Below, one piece after another: positions 22,244-33,606 of a stretch of 64,000 nucleotides of DNA. A program made the translations under genes and the position numbers. The notes under the pieces were generated by a model. It worked only from the letters and a program-made list of their open reading frames with translations, had not been told where the DNA came from and did no database searches. The DNA is from Bilabrum cf. latius. Lineage: Eukaryota. Numbering within the stretch: the first letter of the stretch is position 1; each line of letters begins with the position of its first letter. The stretch is from NCBI GenBank assembly GCA_965178125.1, contig OZ237756.1, positions 806,001 to 870,000 of the forward strand, read 5' to 3'.

Positions 22244-23302
22244 TTGGAGGCCGAGAGAGCGGCATGGGCACTGCTTAATATCGCAGCTGGATCGGAGGGC
22301 CTGAAGCATGCTGTAGTGGATGAAGGTGCGCTGCCTGGGTTGGTGTGCCTGCGTGGATCCAGCAAGGGTTTGGAGGCTGAGAATGCTGCATGGGCGCTTC
22401 AAAACATTGCTAATGCGTCCAATAGCCTGAAGCGGGCTGTACTGGATGCAGGTGCGCTGCCCGGGCTTGTGGACCTGCTTGGATCTAGCAAGGGCTTGGA
22501 GGCCGAGACGGTGGCATGGGCACTGCTTAATATCGCAGCTGGATCATACGACCTGAAGCAGGCTATAGTGGATGAAGGTGCGCTGCCCGGGCTGGTGGGC
22601 CTGCTTAGATCTAGCAAAGGCAAGGAGGCCAAGACGGCGGCTTGGGCACTGCTTAATATCGCAGCTGGATCGGAGGGTATGAGGCAGACTGTAGTGGATG
22701 CAGGTGCGCTGCCCGGGCTGGTAGTGTTGCTTGGATCCAGCAAGGGTTTGGAGGCCGAGAGAGCGGCATGGGCACTGCTTAATATCGCAGCTGGATCGGA
22801 GGGCCTGAAGCATGCTGTAGTGGATGAAGGTGCGCTGCCTGGGTTGGTGTGCCTGCGTGGATCCAGCAAGGGTTTGGAGGCTGAGAATGCTGCATGGGCG
22901 CTTCAAAACATTGCTAATGCGTCCAATAGCCTGAAGCAGGCTGTAGTGGATGCAGAAGCGCTGCCCGGGCTTGTGGACCTGCTTGAATCTAGCAAAGGCG
23001 AGGAGGCTGAGAATACGACATGTGCACTTCTTAACATTGCAGCTGGATCGAAGGACCTGAAGCAGGCCGTGGTGGATGCAGGTGCGCTGCCTGGGCTGGT
23101 GGTGTTGCTGAGATCGGGCAAAGGCGAGGAGGCTGAAAATGCGGCGAGGGCCATTTCGAATACTGCAGCTGGATCGAAGGACATGAAGCAGGCCGTTGTG
23201 GATGCAGGTGCGTTGGGCCCACTAAGGCAGCTGAGGGACTCTATCACAGGACCAACTCGTACGAGGGTCCGAGCGGCTCTGCTGGTTTCGGGCGAGGCGT
23301 GA
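22244..23302 (+). pseudogene. 3' part of a host armadillo-repeat gene interrupted by the virophage insertion
   Basis: Begins mid-repeat (TTG GAG GCC GAG) right after the viral G7 end; ~42-aa ARM repeats; C-terminus and 3' flank near-identical to gene 33607-36801. Confidence 0.82.
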
Positions 23303-23943
23303 TCTTCGGTAAAAGTCCATGGATATCCAATGTATCTTTGGGAAGCTAGCTGATCGGGCCCTTGTCAAGGTGCTTGTACTGCCCTTAACTGTAGTACAAG
23401 CACATGATGAGGCTACTGGTAGTACAGGCGTGGACGGGCAAGAAGAGGAGGGTGACGATGATGTCATAGGAGGTCTTGAGATACGTGACGTGGCTTGCGT
23501 CGGGGCAGGAGGTGGTGGATTGCAGGGTGCGGCGGGAGGGGCCGTAGGTCCAGCTCCGAGCGAATGCGGTGGCTGTGGGTGCTTGGTCTGGTGGATTGCT
23601 GAGCGGTCAGTTCGCGTCGTTCCGTCAGGAGGTACAGGTGGAGCGGGCCCGTTGGGAGGCCGCCCGCCGGTCCTCGTCCTCGTCTAGGGGACACACGGGG
23701 GGCAGCTTCAGCGGTGGGATCTGTACGGTCGTGGGAGGTCCTCGGGGGGGGGAAGGGGCGGGTTGTTAATCAGAACTCGGGAGTTGGATGTGCCATCTTG
23801 CCTGATTGCCTGAAGTACAGGCGAATCCACCTTCGTGCCAGCCGAACCCAGTGCGCGGCATCTCAGCTACGGCGCCGTGCACGCTGTGGTCCCGTTTAAC
23901 TGAAGTCCGGGCATGTGCCAGTGAGGGCAGATGAATCCTCGGA

Positions 23944-24244
23944 GCACCCTAAGGGTGGGGGTGGCAGGCAGGTGCAGCGAGTGCTAGTGCAGGGCATCGT
24001 CCCCATCAGCGAGGGCACTCTAAGGGTGGGGGTGGCAGGCAGGTGCAGCGAGTGCTAGTGCAGGGCATCGTCCCCATCAGCGAGGGCACTCTAAGGGTGG
24101 GTGTGGCAGGCAGGTGCAGCGAGTGCTAGTGCAGGGCATCGTCCCCATCAGCGAGGGCACTCTAAGGGTGGGGGTGGCAGGCAGGTGCAGCGAGTGCTAG
24201 TGCAGGGCATCGTCCCCATCAGCGAGGGCACTCTAAGGGTGGGC
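23944..24244. repeat. Minisatellite, 71-bp unit x ~4.2
   Basis: TAAGGGTGG recurs at 23950, 24021, 24092, 24163 and 24234 with near-identical intervening sequence. Confidence 0.92.
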
Positions 24245-24706
24245 TCACCAGACGGTGGGGCCACAGCTCATAGATCAAAAAAATCTAGCGATGGAAGCCT
24301 GCTCGATCCGGATGTGGTCGTCATGCCGTTGGCATGTCGGTTCGAGCTGCCCGGGCTAAACTTGCCGGCTGCTCCTCTCTGGACCGTTTAGGAGCACTCG
24401 CATGAAATCGTGTTCGGTGAGGTAGATGCAGGACGTAGATATGATATGATATATATGGGGGGATGTTCTAGAGACATTAGAATATGTCGTGGGGATCAGG
24501 TGGGGATAGTGATGTGAGGGATCCTGCAGAGAAGCGCCTGTAAGCCTGATGGTTGGATGTAGTTTCGATTGCGATGGACCACCTCTGTTCCTGGCAGCCT
24601 AACCTGGATCCAATTACCCGCAGTCCTTTGTTGGCATTGCATTAATCCTGCCGATTTCCCCGCTACAGCCTCACCACAAGCGCACGTGACGGCTTCATCC
24701 GCCCCT

Positions 24707-27209
24707 TCACACGGCCTCGGCCACCGGATGCTCTTCATTCGCATCGATCGCCTTGTCGTCTTTCTTGGCAATCCCTGGCTTCGTGTTCCTGCATTTAAAG
24801 AAGTAGGTGGCTGCTCCCACCGTGACGGCAATGACGACGACCACCACCACCACGATGATGATGACCATGCTGGCCCCTCCCTCGTCGCCATCCTCGTCCG
24901 TGGAAGGAGCCACAGCCTCCTCCACTTGCTGGTCCTATTCTTGTACGGTGACCTCCACGGCAATACTCGTCGTATCAACCGCGAGTAGCTGGGCTATCTC
25001 GGCGGGCGCAGCCATCCTGAGCACCTCCACCAGCGTCTCATCTTCGGACGTGGTCCTGTTGCCCCGCAGGAAGTCCAGGATATCCTGCCTCGTCTGCTCC
25101 ACGTCGGTGCGCTCCAGCGGAATAGTCACGGTGAAGTCCAGCTCTGTGGTGGAAACACCATTTTCCTCTGAGCCCGAGGCCTGAAGGGAGCGGCCCCTGC
25201 TGGTCGAGGACGGGGTCAGTCGGTCGATGACCACATCATCGCTTCTAGCCACGTCCCCGATGGCAGTGATGAAGGGAGTCAGCAGGATCGACTCGAAGAT
25301 GGGCGTGGTCACGCTCTACACCTAAGTCCCGGATACCCTGATGCGCCTGCCCCTGCGTCTCTTGGGAGCCGTGCACGTGTTGCTGCTGGCCGAGCACACG
25401 AGTCCACTTGCACAGTTGGCTGTGAGGATGCAGGTCCTACCCTGAGAGCACAACGAGCAGCCTTCAGCAGACGCGTCCCCGCAGTCAATGTCGGTTTCCT
25501 GGCCGTTGGTCTCGCCATCACTGCATGTCGATCCTGCGGCACTACCGGTGCTGGATGTGCTCGGCATGGGCGAGGTGCTGGGGCTGCTGGTGATGCTCGG
25601 CGAGGGCGAGGTGCTGGGACTGCTGGTGATGCTCGGCGTGGGCGAGGTGCTGGGACTGCTGGTGATGCTCGGCGTGGGCGAGGTGCTGGGGCTGCTGGTG
25701 ATGCTCGGCGTGGGCGAGATACTGGGGCTGCTGGTGATGCTCGGCGTGGGCGAGGTGCTGGGGCTGCTGGTGATGCTCGGCGTGGGCGAGATGCTTGGGC
25801 TGCTGCTCGGGGTGGTCGACGGCGACGGCGACGGCGATGGAAATACCACTCCATTGAACAGGATCCAAGTAGCCCCACTGCCCTGTCCTCCATCATCATC
25901 GCTGGCTGCCCCCACTGCGAGGTCGGTGGTGCCATCTCCGTCCAGATCGCCTAGGGATGCCACGGAAGATCCGAAGAAGTCACCACCGACCAGCTCGCCG
26001 GTGAAGCCGCCTTCCGTATCGGAGATCTTCTGGTGGGACTTGACGGTGCCGTTGGCGTTCAAGAAGAGGATCCAAGTTGCCCCACAGTCGTCTCTTCCAT
26101 CATCATCTCCGCGCGCCCCCACTGCGAGGTCAGTGGTGTTATCTCCGTCCAGATCGCCCAAGGATGCCACGGAGGATCCGAAGTAGTCAATACGGTCCAG
26201 CTCGCCTGTGAAGCCGCCTTCCGTATCGGAGATCTTCTGGTGGGACTTGACGGTGCCGTTGGTGTTCAAGAAGAGGATCCAAGTAGCCCCACGGTCGTCT
26301 CCTCCATCATCATCGTTGGCTGCCCCCACTGCGAGGTCAGTGGTGTTATCTCCGTCCAGATCGCCCAGGGATGCCACGGAGGATCCGAAGTAGTCAAAGT
26401 TGTCCAGCTCGCCGGTGAAGCCGCCTTCCGTATCGGAGATCTTCTGGTGGGACTTGACGGTGCCGTCGGCGTTCAAGAAGAGGATCCAAGTTGCCCCACG
26501 GCGATCTCCTCCATCACCATCGTTGGGCGCCCCCACTGCGAGGTCGGTGGTGCCATCTCCGTCCAGATCGCCCAGGGATGCCACGGAGGATCCGAAGTAG
26601 TCAATACGGTCCAGCTCGCCGGTGAAGCCGCCTTCCGTATCGGAGATCTTCTGGTGGGACTTGACGGTGCCGTTGGTGTTCAAGAAGAGGATCCAAATAG
26701 CCCCACGGTCTCGGCTTCCATCATCATCATCTCCGCGCGCCCCCACTGCGAGGTCGGTGGTGCCATCTCCGTCCAGATCGCCCAGGGATGCCACGGAGGA
26801 TCCGAAGAAGTCCGCATTGCCCAGCTCGCCTGTGAAGCCGCCTTCCGTATCGGAGATCTTCTGGTGGGACTTGACGGTGCCGTTGGCGTTCAAGAAGAGG
26901 ATCCAAGTAGCCCCACGGCCCCGGCCTCCATCATCATCGTTGGCTGCCCCCACTGCGAGATCGGTGGTGCCATCTCCGTCCAGATCGCCCAGGGATGCCA
27001 CGGAAGATCCGAACCTGCCGTCATTGCCCAGCTCGCCTGTGAAGCCGCCTTCCGTATCGGAGATCTTCTGGTAAGATTTGACAGTCAAGTTAGCTTTTGT
27101 CGTACTCAGCTCTCGCCTCAAAGGGCGCTTTGCTGTCACAGCCATTGCGAGGTTGTACCCCATCGCAGCGAATACAGTTGGGGCAGCCGCCACGGCCGCC
27201 GCAATGATG
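24707..27209 (-). CDS. Type I membrane protein: ~6 FG-GAP (integrin-alpha-type) repeats, Ser/Thr/Pro stalk, Cys-rich domain, TM helix and short tail (5' exon unresolved)
   Basis: Repeats FGSSVASLGDLDGDGTTDLAVGA; CSDGETNGQETDIDCG; TM VIIIVVVVVVVIAVTVGAATYFF; three track ORFs joined by TAG; probable acceptor CAG at 27212-27210. Confidence 0.85.
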
Positions 27210-28096
27210 CTGCGACAAGCAAATTGAGCGGATTCTAAAACATTAGGTTTTGATGTATGGCTTTACCTACCGCAATGCTGCCAGGTGCACGAGATAAGAA
27301 GAGGGTGTAAGCCGCTGCAAGCGATTTTACAGTCCAACCGTTCTGCTCACAGGTATGCCTTCGCGCCAAACGTCAGAGGCATTTTTTGTTAATATCCGGA
27401 TGTGGTTCTTCCAGCTGCGATGCTTCGAAGGGCATGAATCAAGTCAACGGAGCAGCATCGAGCAGTGAAGGGACAACAAGGTACTCGCAGGACACCATGC
27501 TTGGAGCTGGCAGTGTGCAACTGCTATGGAACAGTTGGTGGATCGTGTTTGCTCCGTGACACTATGATATACCGACTAGTCTTGCGTGAAGTGTAGATGG
27601 GCCCTGGCTCTGTTGCCGAGCATCTGTAGCAGGCGGCATCCATATGGATCAACGGTACGAATACCAAACGGCATCAGAACGTGTGGTCTTTAGATTGCTA
27701 GTATGATGCTTTATCTCACGTATGAGGCTGGATGTTGCAAGGGGCTTCGGGTGAGACCTCTCGAAAGCTGTATCAGCTGAATCAAGACTGATGAGCGAAC
27801 GGACAAATTCTGAACAGATTCTAGACCTTTCTTTGATTCTCAAGAACTTTCCACGCAAAGCTCTATTCCGATCACGGTCAGTCTCACAAGATTCTGCATC
27901 CTGAGCTCTAAATATTGGTATCTTTACGTTATTTTGGGGAACTGGTCAAGCCAATATATCAAGAATGTTTTACAGGCTTGTTTGTCTCCGATTCGGGCAG
28001 CGCGCCTTTGGAAAAATGCTTTACAGTAGCTCGGGTTCGATGCATTGCAGCTTTCCTCAGCTGTTCACGCTCTCAACACAATAAGTGTATTTGTAA

Positions 28097-30886
28097 TCAT
28101 GATGTTGTGTGAGCTAACAACATCAAACCTTGCTGATTTACAGGCTTGGAGCGCAGATCAAGCCAATAGAGTGACATCGGCGCGTCGTTGCAGGTCAGGT
28201 CCGATGGCCACTGGCCGTGAGCTAGCAAGCGCCCGCTGCCCATGTCGTCTGTGCCCCCAATGAGCTGCAGCGTCCCACCGAAGCCTTGCACGCTGGCATC
28301 CACTCGCAGGATGGCCCGCCGCCCGCGGTGCGGCGACGTCGGGAATCGTCGTGCTCTGTTGGAGGCGATGGCTGCTCGCATCACTCGCAAGACCTCGACG
28401 AGCACACTGTCCAGCTGGATCTTGACGGCCTTGTACCCCACGCGGCGCAGTAGGCACTGCATTGGCCGGAGCATCGGCTTGACGGTGTACAGGGCGTTGC
28501 TGCAGAAGCTGAGCTCTCCCACGAGCCGCTCCAGATCCTTCTTGGAGTCCACGGAGCCCGTCTTGATCACGGCGTCCAAGCGCGTGAGCATGCGCTGCTG
28601 CCGGCCCGCGGGCAGGGCGATGGTCATGCTGTCGAAGTCCAGAAGGTACCCCAGGTACTTCGTGCGGCCTCTGGGCCATTCCTTGGCTGCCTTGCTGCGG
28701 CTGATGCCGAAACCGAGCTCCGCCTCGCCCATGACGAGTGCCATGATCCACTCGGCGTGCCGCTGGCCGGCCAGCAACAGCTAGTCATCCGAGAACACGG
28801 TGGCGCGCATCGCTGGTGATCTCGGGACCAAGTTGATGCGCTCCTGGATTCGCCTGTTGAACGCCGTCGACACCGTGCAGGCCCACGCCGCGCTAGAGCT
28901 GGACCCCATGGAAAGGCAGCAGTACATGGCCGCTCGTGCACCGGTGCGAGTCCATACGTGGAGCCCGTCGCGTGCCGCCAGTCGCATGGAGTAGAACCAA
29001 CGGCTGAAGTCCGTGGGGCAGCCGACCATGCGCTCACCTGGAGGGAGGTCGCGCCGGAAGCGCACGGCCGCACGCATCACGTCGCGAATTTCATCCAACG
29101 GGCAGTCGCAGTACCGCTTGTACCCGATGAAGGCGTTCGGGCCGAGCCCCCGTGTCGAAGAGACCTTGGCGGAGCCATCGACGATGGTGCGGAAGCTGCC
29201 CGCCTCCTTCTTGGCCACGAAACGCGTGGGGGACATGCGGGTCGGAGGGACGGCGCCCAGGTCGACTGGGACTACCTGATGCTGACGGAGGGCCTCGCCG
29301 TGGGCAAGGTGTGCACTAGCCCTGGCGCCGGGCCAGGATTTGGCTCGCGCCGCGGCTGCCTCCTCCTCGGTGGCGTCATCCGGGATCTCTGGCTGAGCGT
29401 ACCGATGTTCCTCGATACTCCGATCTCGGGGGGCACCCGCCCCGGTGTCCACGCATGCAGGAAAGCCCCATCGGAATCCCGCGATCACGACCTCGTACAG
29501 GTGCAGGGACCGCCACTCCGCCGCGCTTCGTGGCTCCACGGGCGGGCACTTCTTGCCAAAGAACACCTCCATGCGTGCGAGCCGGGCCTGGGTGGAGCGT
29601 GAGCCTGCATGGTCGCCGGTCGTGATGGCGGTGTCGGCGAAGATGTCCTGAGCCAGACGCGCCCTGGTACCGAGCGTGGCTGGTGCGGTGGAGGCCCGCA
29701 CCGGTGGAGCGGTGGTGAAGGCGCGCAAGTCCGTGGCAGGCAGGTCGTCCGTGGTCCGTGAGCCATCCAACATGGGCTCGGCTGCCGGTCCCGTACCGCT
29801 CCGTGCCATCACTGAGGGCAGGGTGTGCGCGTTCCACGCCGCTCGTGCCGCCCGTGCGGGTCCTTGTACCGCCTCGTGCATTAGGCAAGCCGGGGGCTTG
29901 ATCCGCCGCGTGGAATCCTGGATGGCTGCGGCAAGGCGGCCTGCCGTGGAGTCTGGCTACGAGGCAAGCGGCCCCGCTGTCGTCACGATGGCCTCCGGGA
30001 GGTCGTAGGCCCGCTCCGTGCGGGTCATCTGCGCCGAGGGCACCCGGGAGCTGGCCGGTAGAACGTGCCCGCCCGCGCTCGTCCTCGTGCCCGCCTCCTG
30101 CGCCGTCTGCGCCGTCCGTGGCGTCGTCCTTGGCCGAGGTGATGCCCTGCCCCTTGCTGCCGCCGCCGAGGCCATGGCCACTGTCGCTGGCGTTCGTGTG
30201 GCCGGCGCTGGCGGCGACGCGGGCGGAGCACCTGACTCAGCGGGCCCGGTCTGCCTGCCGTCGGCCCCGGCCCGCCAGCGCCGCTGGTCCGAAACCGTGC
30301 TGGCCAGGTGGCGAGGGTTGATGGGAGAACTTGTCCATCTGGTTACCGGCGGCTGCCTCGGGAGGTGCCGCGCCTGGTAGAGTGGTGCCTTCGTGCGCTG
30401 CACCTGAGCGGCTGCCCTTCCAGCTGCCGTCCGTCCGGGCAACCCTTGCGGGTGCCGGCCAATTTCCTCCTGCCATCCAGAGAACTCCTCCTTGTTCCCC
30501 AGAAGGGGCTGCCGCCGAGTCGGCGTAGCCCTCATGAAAGCCGGCACCATGGGAGGCCAGTCCCATGGTGACGACAGGAGCCCAGGTGCAACCCGAGCCC
30601 CAAATCCCCCTTGCGCCCAAGGCCAAGGTGCTCCCTAACAAGCGCCCCAGCTGGGCCCCTGCCCCAACGGCATGGCCTACTACGTCTGCCAGGGTTCTGC
30701 CCCAGCAGTAGTCGTCATTGGTGGTACCACGGCCCTCCTGACCGCTGGCACGCCCATCCTCTTGATTGCCCCCCCACGGGCCCGCCACTTGAGACAGCTG
30801 CCCACGCCATCGTGCGGCGCCCAGCACCGGCAGTTGGTAGCACGTGGTGCTTCCGACTGCGTCCGGTGGCCGGGCTGTCCCCCCAT
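28097..30886 (-). CDS. Reverse transcriptase-RNase H ORF (RNase H truncated; start uncertain)
   Basis: FVAKKEAGSFRTIVD, TDFSRWFY, LSMGSSSS, VFSDD[TAG]LLL, KYLGYLLD, then ILRVDAS..GFGG...HGQW. Confidence 0.8.
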
Positions 30887-31073
30887 CGGAGCCCTGCACG
30901 GGCACAGCCGCGGCGGCTGCGCCGGTGGGGCTCTTCGCCTCTCCTAGATCGAGTGACGTATCCGTCCGCTTGCACCGGCCCCGCCGGCGAGCGCTCCTCA
31001 TCCGAGCAGCTCGTCGACGGTGCCTTCGTCGCCGCCCCCGTTGATAGTGGGTACCGCGGGGGCGACCAGGCAG

Positions 31074-33085
31074 TCAGAACATCCGGTTCCATGCCCGATC
31101 GCAGGCTGGCTCGTCAGGCTTGGAGCAGCGTGGCGTGCGTGGCTGCTCGTCGATTTCACGGATGCGCTTCAGGCATGTGATCACCAGGCCTTCCACCTGG
31201 GGCTTTGGCGTCGCATAGCCAGCGAACGGCTGCAGCAGCTCCAATGCGTCAGCCCGTGGCGGGGCGTCGCGCTGCGGCCCCCGCCACCAGCGGGAGGCGT
31301 CCGCCCACAGGGTGTACGAGATGAACTGGTCACCAGCCCTCAGGATCGAGCACGACGGGACCGACTGCCGCTGGACGGCTTGGGTCCACAACCAGATCAG
31401 GACCGTCTCTGGGGCAGCCTTGCGTGCCTTCAAGTCGATGCTTTGCCCGTAGGAGGAGATGGCGAGTTGGAGTAGCTCCCGGCGTGCTGCGAAGGCGCCG
31501 TCCCCATCGTCGAGAGGCGCGGCCTGCATGTCGTCTGCCGTGGCCTCCTCGAGCCGTCCTGTCACCGTCTGGCGCAGTGCGATGCACTGGAGGCCCCTGT
31601 GCGCGAAGACCACCTGCAGGTCCGCGAGCAGCACACCCTGCCCACGGTCCCGCCCGTCGACTAACGCGATCCGATGATACCCAGCGGCCCGCCTGTACTC
31701 CGCCTGGAATGCCGTCGCTGCCGCCACGAAGGCGCTCAGCGCCTTGGCCCCGTCCTTGGGTGCCTTGGCGTGTTCCGTTGCCGAGCCGCCGCCCATCGCT
31801 GCGTCCACTAGCGCCTTTGCCATCTCCGCCAGCTGTACTTGTCCCACCGTGGTGTCAAATCCTATGCTCTACATGTCCGCCTGAAGTGCCCTGTCGATGA
31901 ACTTGAACATCGCGCCCCGCAGCAGCGATGCAGCCGGTCCCATGTTGCTCTTGTCGGTTGCATTCGTATGCGCTGCTTCACGTCGCAGTGCTGCGGCCGT
32001 CGTGGCTGTCGGGGCTGAGGCCGGGGAGGCCGGTGCGAAGGGGACAGCGGGCGCTTCGATCTCACCGAGTGCACGGGGGGGGAAGATGGCTGAGTGCCCC
32101 AGGGAGGCTGTCAGCTGCAGCAGGGCGCGGTCGTGCGGCGAAGCGGAGGCACCGCGCTCATGTCGGAGCGTGTTCACGGCAGACGCAAGGGTCTTCAACG
32201 AGGAGCGGCTGCTGGTGAGGGCGGCACTGTGGAGGAGCTGGAGGTTGTCGTCGAGGACGCCGTGGGCAGTGGCGTGGATCTGTAGCGCGTACCACTCCGC
32301 CGGGCAGGCCGCGGCGACCAGCAAGGCCAGCGCATCAGCTGCAGGCGTCAGCTTGGCCACGTGCGCCGGGCGCATGGCAGGGAGGGCATCAGTCTCCTCG
32401 GGGGCCGAACGCAGGTCCATCCCGCGAATCCAGTCGGACACCCAGGCCGTGAGCTGCTCCGCGATGCTTGTGCCCCGGGGATTGGCTCCGCCAGCGCCAC
32501 TGGCGGGCGCCGGCAGCTGGGCCAGGGGCAGGGCGCCAGCCGTCGGCCCGTCCGACACCACCGAAGTCGCGTCCACGTCAGTGTCGTTGCCATCCTCGTC
32601 ATCCTAAGCGCCCCCCGCTGCGGCTTGGTCCACGTCGGCCGGGCCAGCGTCGGCAGAGGTGGCCGCCTTGGACGGGAACAAGCTGCGCGAGACGGTAGTG
32701 CTGAGGTACCCCAGGAAACCAGGCTGATTCTTGCGCGAGTACGAGGCAAGCCGTCCAAAGTACATCCTGACGTTGGTCCGCAACGCTACAAGCGACGTGG
32801 CGTTGAGCGCGTCAAGGCGCAGGGAGCAGATATCGCGTTCGGACCTCGCGATGAGCCTATCTACGGCGCCGGGGTCTCTCAAGAGCGTAGCAGCGGCAAG
32901 ATCCTCCGCAGATGGCTCTTCGGGCAACCCTCTCAAGAACAGGGCCGGTGGCGCGCCAACAAGGCCGCGGAGAGCGTTGCGTCGGCATGGAGGGCCGTTG
33001 GTAAGTCGAGCACCAGCCGTAAGGCGGCATGGCCGTTGCGAGCCGTCACGGCCTCGCGAATTCCGTTCAGTTCAATCGATGTCAT
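31074..33085 (-). pseudogene. Retrotransposon ORF1 (gag-position), frameshifted
   Basis: Track ORFs 32604-32936, 31869-32576 and 31074-31847 share a frame joined by TAG; the ATG at 33085 is in another frame. Confidence 0.5.
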
Positions 33086-33606
33086 GGCAAATATATAGCG
33101 GCTGCTACGGGAGATACTACTGGGCTTCACCCCGAACGACTGGTTCTTCACCGGTCCACCTGAATGCGGTATTCATCTGACACTACGAATGTACACACCA
33201 CTTTCCCCATGCACCCGACTGGCCTCGTCGCCACATGGCTTCCTGTTCCTGTTCCCCGCCCTAGGGACCGTGTGCTTTGCTCCCAGCATTGCCATCTTGG
33301 CCCTATCCTTTCAGCTTGCACGCGCCGGTCCTGGCCGACCTGCCGTGCGCCCCATCTGTCCACCCGCCTGTTGGCCTTCTGCGTGCTGCTGGCCATGCAG
33401 TCCGCTGCCACCCGCGTCTCCCTCGTGCCTTGCACCTGGAGCCCCCATTCCTCCCGTTGTGTTCTCCCTGTTGACACCGCACTGTCGTCGCCTGTGCCGG
33501 TGTCCCCCTCTTCTTCTCCACCTCCTGTCCTCCTGCGCCCACCTCGTCTTCCGTCTCACCTCTGCTCCCCGTTGCTTCAATCCTGATGTCCGAGTACATA
33601 TAACAG

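Larger units (their letters stand above)
28097..33085 (-). mobile_element. Decayed/truncated DIRS/Ngaro-type (tyrosine-recombinase class) retrotransposon; boundaries approximate
   Basis: GC-rich ORF1 (33085-31074, frameshift near 32940) followed by an RT-RNase H ORF; no YR ORF or terminal repeats recognised. Confidence 0.75.

Noticed and set aside
23944-24244. CRISPR array or coding repeat (track ORF 24101-24391)
   Set aside because: Head-to-tail 71-bp units with no spacers; unit length not a multiple of three.
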